Shown here: positions 60,501-64,000 of the stretch, piece after piece | Numbering within the stretch: the first letter of the stretch is position 1 | How the letters are laid out: each line of letters begins with the position of its first letter | IMG/VR virus record: IMGVR_UViG_3300008448_000012 | Coordinates: 1-64,000 of that record | DNA length: 64,000 nucleotides | Strand: one strand, 5' to 3' | DNA from: a virus | The notes under the pieces: generated by a model | Database searches by the model: none | What the model saw: only the letters and a program-made list of their open reading frames with translations | What the model was told of the DNA's origin: nothing | Program-made: the position numbers and the translations under genes

Positions 60501-60747
60501 ACTTAAAGATGTTTCACCAGTTATACCAGCAACATTGCAAACATCTATTTCTAATGAACCTGTAACACCTACACAACCTGTAAGTTTTGATATACTAGAA
60601 GATTTTACTTTTGAAAGAAAACAGGAAATATTGTCTAACTTTGCTACAAAGCATAAAATGACACAAGAGCAAGCCAAGAATTATATCAATGAAGCTCTTC
60701 AAAAGGATAGAGAAAATACAATAGCTAAACTTAAAGAATGTTATTAA
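48568..60747 (+). CDS. giant virion-packaged RNA polymerase protein (crAss/phi14:2 type)
   Basis: GFRIPTQ and GSDFDIDKL (58150-58164) catalytic motifs; hydrophobic Gly/Ala-rich N-region; HELME zincin-like motif; poly-Pro linker. Confidence 0.9.
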   Translation: MPDFDKDLKPLINKEELPELTPNVKAPNVYQASVERLSNYANSENPFDKLAQASRSSKFDQKGVFVTNAELEANKRYRTYNPTVANQEDYAAYGQSVADKAANGLLKGVNLAATTIAGGFGMLYGAAKSPFTGRLADIWDNEVMRGLDDWNTKVDQEYLPNYYTDVEKNASWYSRDNWFKANFLFDKLIKNTGFAVGAMVSGNIANAGLLRAGAALGKAAMAGATAAEASQGFKLFSPLLRNTARAFSVGKNVEAATILEKEISSIADLTARTSKIGELAKTTNMFAGFNDAARRTAIAAYSSAGEASFEAMQTAKEFREKLVQEHIDRTGEEPIGDDLKRINEQADSVGKTSFLGNLAVLSITEYMQLPKLLGSSYSSSKQAANSLLGKVDDIAYKDGVYSALKPTTKFGKISSKIAGVSRYVFDPKEAAQEGLQYALQVGTQNYYNKAFRSNNADAYVDGVLYGLFGQDEYGEGVGALNSKEGAESMVLGGLTGGLMQARGTYIEQKTVAKNTQAFINQLNSTPGFKQSFVDRLQAANRSNVLQEQQQDAVIQGDKLEAKDLDADLMHNYLSSRIKYGRFDMVMDDINDLKMNASTKEGLSELKQQGLANVNDTIESYRERLTNFEKVANYTNELYKSIDLRYSGVMNEDKTRKYSPQVIDKMVYAASKIANYDLRIPQVESPLSQAGVTTFDVLEGIIKNNKENKEATAQALDVINNLNVTSDIKDELKTNLSDIIELSLRRKKFMEEYDDIKDNPSKYEVIDYGELGALEEPGTVSIKQEVPESEEEGAKKKVVDKEIEVGKEYSLRQPVRREGNRLQFAPKVGVLSKTLGGEYEVKLPNGNVTFFTPEQFKDYEVSDVNPASPKIAEILDKAIDSVLGRKKYESIEKPTEDKLDYINNLDNKELIDDIEQEFNEKAEEYLKELASEVARVERLMNNSEQLKKTQEDIEKLSGDNPTNDDESDIELSENFWEDMKKSAIRLFKSTINASEDWEKGPLAPHITRFIEFTNKAKDFTNRSKLKVILVTSASQKALGLDGLAQMSFEAGGDKSLLVGKEEFDKLDDNKKKEVITNGFVGAVVVEMDKNGNMFFVNKNGERIKSPEGNDIKVTEQAPINDVVFSTMPAVNLYYSNDEKSPRYRSGEKEEAANYAAAWEVYRKGLFEGNPKSATIFDFGISKGIPVINKEAREKNFVGNTLIDNDKLATQNLIVVSTKGAIAHEDGNNYRFANGRPVFKNADDLAYLNNNRFSKNKAKAIFSVIKKWSDEINQQIVDNKNIVVNENYSKFLQNVLYWNSKPGALPSANKIYLDTNTGLLHVGTKIDGEIRENTYDFANIGKYENEVINDLTNAYHNVNNKTLELGLAEPFLEFYLDENGDLKERTWTNYQSYLLSNVNPDGSNRLIEDAPLFTNISKPTESVPYPFKQKYLYLQGMDLPVEEVKPKEDEKKGDPTPAAPSNKIGEYFVDGKTVNKYNIASIKKDVELTIDIDENGEPNVTLISSEGNKDAIDTILKPENAALKNTLIGVLKNSKDADGNSLFEADKPDDYLIGKAISYSIKSKVVQISKEQKPEPSTSNTPPPPPPPPPPVTPKLTRKEEILNKLKSIRGNSLGFSSRTTPGTTKWTEDGTKVTFNSSNRDKYNRGNEIFTINDKTTISVDYNQRPSNGFRGMEELPFNAYYSENPKALLDELAALEKEEEVKPTVVEVTPAEETKPETQAPVDFSYIDDSDDSTVYKRVGVDTEAEPMSEAEVEFFKDFVGKKVPGIPYEFMDNLIRTYDNEDAYGSFEKGMMKIYKKAAKGTAFHELMEGVWMGFLSPERRRAILDEFKSKKGSFVDRASGRKIDYNEATDQEAKERIMDDFAEFMDGKIPAKSVSEKILQWFKAILDYIKAIVNKGSLKDELFREVYRGKFKNAVFPQEKMGAAAEYREVEGLNQQQVNDFVQDITARVFQIVFKTKRSLFNPEEITSKQIFDDVKEQYVQKGYFKKISDKTFDELVDRTRDYLRVFNIEFDSDGNININDEGANNRDYAAETFSINFKKSSPYAVKLLISSLIRTGRVNQEKILTPSADIVADKTGSSVKGFMLVPFGQSFNILMNKLNNTLDKDDFVRKLYSLAKENSDYIALFKRLGGDFATGKINFNNYEDHDWRLFTSFYQVFTKQLPDGITQYVDGGQVYSGSANQSRAIDQIGKEWTENIKELANKKDSIIQYDPIGKAYKVDKSSDKYKSIDIGSPSKMIDFLNELGINFSISTYNRLKGKQLINFAEAVSGIKTGLDKSGVLISMKIKNKELDITGNINTIADLYVKAENPTVETTFFNNSGKQQQAFTDSNAPSVFESIFNSVETLEELKKKMPQLNDVFSTTSQLLKRGGVFFDEKGNRTDANLKVQYILGDKDKNDNDGTTIAELSPGKRKSLEINQNIKGSYYIVIPGDGSTEWMMNLGNQIDYKEFRRGAGFEKVYEIFQGYLKDEIALAKDSENRKKLKNVGSKASELRFFKELLSEGVLKKANDIIADKKATPADIEKFIADNAEAINLSIKNFIDSSARKTLESLKYNGEIVLNKNGSYSYKGLDSNFSRNNDINQNKMSEEQLLNLLTFTNANFAINNIEYHKVLFGDPYQFKIANKDGKVILDETKRIKSFLSPRRVTLSFDEMNNWYDKEYNKVGQISLTKDDYGYHQFKNYAKTFTAKDVEIVGSLASRFPAYAKTNEADAASWISATAYREVKIKNGQWSEEAERFHQWQMAYTRQNIPGYVYTNEALRELDAKIISYPVPNYTIEVIKPIVTGNKFQKNDINLVLDKFSQMPIYYQAVKGTNLESLYIKMFKGGYDYVVVESGRKVGIEGLQELYKPNGEFNDDAAINNTINVPWSAYGIQVENSYNKEKLQTLGSQLTKLGTMDLYRDGEAIGDTPERKEVIKKAVERNITALSEMAMNGYNELLNKLGIEDLGDGFNILDKTTVANTLRQEMLKREISDNGIDSVTLNSQTGEFEIPFEASTNYKQIKDILYSIVDKSIASPKVNGFSGVQVAATMWEKSGKGRQLVQKIYFQKVGETLKEITKEKYDELPKSEKSTDWKKITSKEYESLPQDRQADVQLTSDALKFYEDKDGKRYCEVMLPNWFRKKLPAGKFKSDEELINYLNTTEGGKILMGIGFRIPTQAINSVEVFKVKGFLPDFMGRTVVVPSEITTKSGSDFDIDKLNMYLKNVYITPSGEIKLVPFFGFGQQAIDKMKDFIFQEDIKSVMSIYEDVTGDREDDYGELSEKLYKQSLENEYYDSLEELLTLPENFERLVVPNTSKDLEDLASELSNLRGETEENVKNRLLDRDVMSDLRHTFITAKRWVGRAAVNITSHSLFQKRLMYIAIPKFKIVLPHNSVIIDGTPFVSLSGTLDKAGKYISDKLSMYANSFVDVVKDPYIMKIIYSDRLVSTFMFLERAGVPMRSIGLFMNQPIIREYVNILDASGASSFSIESDSSFLIIGKMFPTKKELIAKTNIDVSNASLADSISKYYKDGKTLTDAENAQQRLILEQFISYYKMSDSLFKITQATNYDTTSFKNADDLYRKQIVTNLTNETSPIPFAPLEILKSSHLGTLAKALDRAGLALGEILKFNKSEFRDVLERSIYQYASNQYLSKDKFTRVAEKLSASFLDYIIQTNMNTLDLKSLVVDSDSVANRIEQAKVLYPEVKILKDFVMESSDLPGGAKTVKLRANVKEVYDENLYIGYMREMKSHPALRDLYNDLVKLAIVQGTYQSAVSIKNIVPLEDYAAIVAPIMKTLNVNDNIRQFYKENMFQRSNWKDKNIVPRVKPSFYLDEEGDYDPLITVDENDVEIYQYSTKAFPEILELGITSGQRKIMLLSPRSKGSKNSVVIVPRIVTVGNTSEMIDFITGQTVTKSEFAIRKKAGDPTINEIYGYKRLEDSNGEPITTDKGYSIYKQINLLGDGQYASEYKLFPTKSPINNGTVKIEQEIPDNDIIRFLLKDVSPVIPATLQTSISNEPVTPTQPVSFDILEDFTFERKQEILSNFATKHKMTQEQAKNYINEALQKDRENTIAKLKECY

Positions 60748-60748
60748 T

Positions 60749-63700
60749 ATGGCATGTATAAATCCAAATAGTGCAGAATTTAAAGCTGCTCTTGAGAAAG
60801 TAGGTGGTAATCCATTATTGGCTGAGATTAATCTTTCTAAGCAACAGGAACTTTCTGTAAAGATTGAAAATGAAATGGGTGAATCCTATTGGAAAAATCT
60901 TTATACAGGCAATAGACTATCTAATAGAGAAGATTTCGTATCAGTTGCTATACCTGGAATCCCTAATAAATTCAAGCCTGACTACTATAATGTATATCAT
61001 GGAACAAATGTATACAATATAAGTGATGATGGAAGTTTAGTATTGACTCCTTCTAAAAACTTTGATGACAAAACTACATCAATATCTTTAACTCAGATTC
61101 CTGTAGTTGCTCAAGATTACATGCTTAGAAAAGATGGGAATGTGATTATTAAAATAAAGAATGGAGCATTAGGAGATAATTATGATGTAGAATCTGCAGA
61201 AGAGATAGCTATCAATGGAAACAAACCTTTAGTTGTTCCAAAAGGACAATATGAAATAATAACAGTCCCTACGCTAAAAGAGAAGATGCGTCAAAAGTAT
61301 AGTGCGGAGGTTGATGATGTAGCTGAAGAAATGATGTCAGAAGCTAGTTCTGATATAGAGCTTCTTGATTCAATTTATTCTAACAGAATAGAGGCAGCAA
61401 ATTATTCTGAATTGCAAGAGTTTGAAAGAGGTTCAGAAAATGATACTACTCCTGATTGGTATGTTCCTGATGAATATATTGCATCTAGAGCTGCTGAAAA
61501 AGTTTTTAATAAGATTAAAAATAAAATAGATAAGTCATTTATTGTCAACGGGTTATCTGAAAAGATATTAGACACCATTAGAAAAATTGGAAATAAAGTT
61601 GATGTAAATGAAATGTATTTGTCAAATATTTCCACTTATGGATCAAGAAATTCTCCTCATGGAGGTGACTTGTTTGATTTCCTAGTTCGTGAAATAAATG
61701 CTACAAAGAGTGAGAAAGAGTCTATAATAAAAGAAATAAAAGATATTGTAGACAACAATCAACAAGCAGCTATTGACTTTTACAACTCTCCAGAACAAGT
61801 TCAGAAAAGAAAAGAAGAAGCTAGATTGTATGAAGAAAATTTAAAAAAGTTTAAAGAACTATCAAATGATAAGGATTTAGACTTTCTTCCATTTCAATTA
61901 ATAGGAACAGAAACATCTAAAGCTTCTCCTAAAACAATAAGATTGGTGAAAGACCTTCTTAAAAGAATAGGGGTTAATTATCAATCAGTTAGCTCTATAA
62001 GAGTGAATGGATTAGAGATTGGAGCAAATGGTGTTGCTGATATTACACAGAAGCTTGTACAAATTGTACAGGGTAAGGAAGATGTTGCTCTTACAGAGGA
62101 AGCAATGCACTTTGTTGTTGAACTTTTGGAACAAAAAGACCCTGCTTTGTTCAACAAACTTCTTGGTGAAATAAATGGTTACAACATGTACAAAAGTGTT
62201 GTAGCTGAGTATGGATCTCTTAAAGAATATCAAACAGCTGATGGTAAACCAGATATCAGAAAGCTTAAGAAAGAAGCTATTGCAAAAGTACTCACTGAGG
62301 TTGTTATCAAGAAGAATGAAGGATATACAGAAAAGCCTGAACTTCTGGCTAAGTCTGAATCTTGGTGGGATAGAATAGTTAATGCAATTAGAGGAATATT
62401 CTCAAAATCAGGATTTGATCAAGCAGCAATGCAAGTGCTATCTGGAGAGTTCGAAGGAACTGTAGATGAACTTAGAGGTGATGGTGGAGTGTATCTACAA
62501 GAGTCTAAATCAGTACAGCAAAAGATTATTGACAATTTAAAAGATATACAGTCAAGGATAAAGAAACCTACAACAGATGGTGGAAAATATACCATTGATG
62601 GTAAAGAGATTAAGAATAGGGTGAGTGATTTGTCCAAGACTTGGTATGAGAATAGGTTTGCTGATAAAGATCTTGTAAAGTCTGAATTTGCTCAAGCTGT
62701 AGATGATCTTAAGAAAGAAAAAGGAACAGCAGGACATGCTGACTTTGAACAAATGATGAAGAATCATTTCCTTGATGCTGATGGTAAGTTCATAAAGAAT
62801 GAAGCAGATAGACCTTCTGATGCTAATTATGTTTCTCAAATCAATCCTTATGATAGAGAAATGTATGATACTCTTAAAGCAAACATGGAGCAACGTTTAG
62901 CATCATTTCCTGATGGCACAGTGTTTCTTGCAGAAACAACAATATATGATCCTAAGCGTGATCTTGCAGGTACCATTGACTTCATAGCTGTAGAACCTTC
63001 AGGCAAGACACATATCCTTGACTGGAAGTTCATGGATATTAATATTGATAAAACAGAAGATGTTCCTTGGTATAAGGTTGGAGCTTGGAAAACTCAAATG
63101 AAAAACTATAAGCTTATTCTAAAGAATGCTTATGGTGTTCAGTTTGATGGAACTGAGCAAACAACAATGATTCCTATCAGAGCTGAATACAGTAAAGGTG
63201 ATTCCAAGAAAAAGATTAAGCCTCAATTGCTTAAAATATATATTGGAAATGTCAATGTTAAAGATGAAGAAAGAGCCTATCTACTTCCTGTAGGTCTTGA
63301 AGAACAGAAAACTGGTGATAAGAGAATTGATAAACTCATTGAGCAGCTTAACAATATCTATGAAACCATTTCTTCAAGAAAAGCTACTCCTGATCAAAAA
63401 GGAGTAAAAGCTGAACAACTTAATGAGTTATATAAAGCAATCAGACAATTGCAAGTTAGACAAAACTTTAAACCCCTAGTTCATCAGGCAAAGGTGCTTA
63501 ACAAAGAGATTAGAAGCATAATCAAAGATTATAATGAGAACTGGAAGTCTAAAGATCTCAGTACAATAAGTAGGGCTGAGAAGAATGACTTTGCAAATAA
63601 GATTCTTACATATGAAAAGTCTCTCACTGTATATACAACTCTCTACAAGAATCTAAGAGGTTTGTTTGGGGATACACTTACAGAAGAAGATAAAAAACTT

Positions 63701-64000
63701 AGGGATGATATACGTGATGTAACTGATACAGCAAATGAATTGGAAACAGAGTTGGATGAAGTGCGTGATGATTTTGCTGAAAACATTATAGCCAAGGGTG
63801 AAAATGTTCTTGAATTCTTGAGACCAGAAAAAATCATCAAAGGATTTAGCAAATGGTTTGGATCCACATCTACATTGCAACTTAAGAGTACAGAGGTGTT
63901 GTATAAGATGGCTAACAGAGCATTTGGTTTTGCTGCTCAGGATACAGTTACACAAGGTAACATTCTGCTGGGAATAAAAGAGAAGTATGACAAGTGGGCT
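60749..64000 (+). CDS. giant multi-domain virion protein (ART-like, zincin-like, PD-(D/E)xK nuclease), truncated by window end
   Basis: Manual in-frame motifs: VYHGT..SISLT..AQDY..ESAEEI; LTEEAMHF; GTAGH..AE..AGTIDFIAV..ILDWK. Confidence 0.82.
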   Translation, partial: MACINPNSAEFKAALEKVGGNPLLAEINLSKQQELSVKIENEMGESYWKNLYTGNRLSNREDFVSVAIPGIPNKFKPDYYNVYHGTNVYNISDDGSLVLTPSKNFDDKTTSISLTQIPVVAQDYMLRKDGNVIIKIKNGALGDNYDVESAEEIAINGNKPLVVPKGQYEIITVPTLKEKMRQKYSAEVDDVAEEMMSEASSDIELLDSIYSNRIEAANYSELQEFERGSENDTTPDWYVPDEYIASRAAEKVFNKIKNKIDKSFIVNGLSEKILDTIRKIGNKVDVNEMYLSNISTYGSRNSPHGGDLFDFLVREINATKSEKESIIKEIKDIVDNNQQAAIDFYNSPEQVQKRKEEARLYEENLKKFKELSNDKDLDFLPFQLIGTETSKASPKTIRLVKDLLKRIGVNYQSVSSIRVNGLEIGANGVADITQKLVQIVQGKEDVALTEEAMHFVVELLEQKDPALFNKLLGEINGYNMYKSVVAEYGSLKEYQTADGKPDIRKLKKEAIAKVLTEVVIKKNEGYTEKPELLAKSESWWDRIVNAIRGIFSKSGFDQAAMQVLSGEFEGTVDELRGDGGVYLQESKSVQQKIIDNLKDIQSRIKKPTTDGGKYTIDGKEIKNRVSDLSKTWYENRFADKDLVKSEFAQAVDDLKKEKGTAGHADFEQMMKNHFLDADGKFIKNEADRPSDANYVSQINPYDREMYDTLKANMEQRLASFPDGTVFLAETTIYDPKRDLAGTIDFIAVEPSGKTHILDWKFMDINIDKTEDVPWYKVGAWKTQMKNYKLILKNAYGVQFDGTEQTTMIPIRAEYSKGDSKKKIKPQLLKIYIGNVNVKDEERAYLLPVGLEEQKTGDKRIDKLIEQLNNIYETISSRKATPDQKGVKAEQLNELYKAIRQLQVRQNFKPLVHQAKVLNKEIRSIIKDYNENWKSKDLSTISRAEKNDFANKILTYEKSLTVYTTLYKNLRGLFGDTLTEEDKKLRDDIRDVTDTANELETELDEVRDDFAENIIAKGENVLEFLRPEKIIKGFSKWFGSTSTLQLKSTEVLYKMANRAFGFAAQDTVTQGNILLGIKEKYDKWA

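Noticed and set aside
17236-60747. Stop-codon reassignment as seen in some crAss-like phages
   Set aside because: Long genes are uninterrupted in code 11, and TGA and TAG both terminate genes (e.g. 25961, 26689).
17242-63955. Many minus-strand ORFs in the structural arm (e.g. 23292..24215, 26862..27485)
   Set aside because: Antisense shadows of codon-biased plus-strand genes.

Overview
A 64-kb segment of a crAss-like (Crassvirales-type) phage, probably infecting Bacteroidota, in standard genetic code. Positions 1 to ~14.3 kb are a minus-strand early/accessory arm with many small ORFs, two GIY-YIG homing endonucleases (HEGs), a complete tmRNA, two non-canonical tRNA-like elements, a twister-like ribozyme, other structured non-coding RNA candidates and a lone plus-strand holin. 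After a G-run-rich strand switch (~14.3-14.5 kb) the plus-strand arm carries HU/IHF-like genes, terminase, portal, scaffold-like protein, major capsid protein, tail/ring/muzzle-like proteins, modular cargo-like proteins, a third GIY-YIG HEG, a 4059-aa virion RNA polymerase (DFDID) and a truncated multi-domain giant protein. Main observations: (1) both complete HEGs sit inside the first codons of a gene and are followed by a recoded, TTG-initiated copy of that gene's N-terminus; (2) a perfect chromosomal-type parS palindrome directly after the portal gene; (3) a dense ncRNA set (tmRNA with a long tag, tRNA-like elements with a shared leader, one with TTA in the anticodon position, a twister with a long insertion, a pseudoknotted unknown RNA); (4) a small-gene array with a conserved junction sequence. 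All calls come from manual motif reading; no searches were run.
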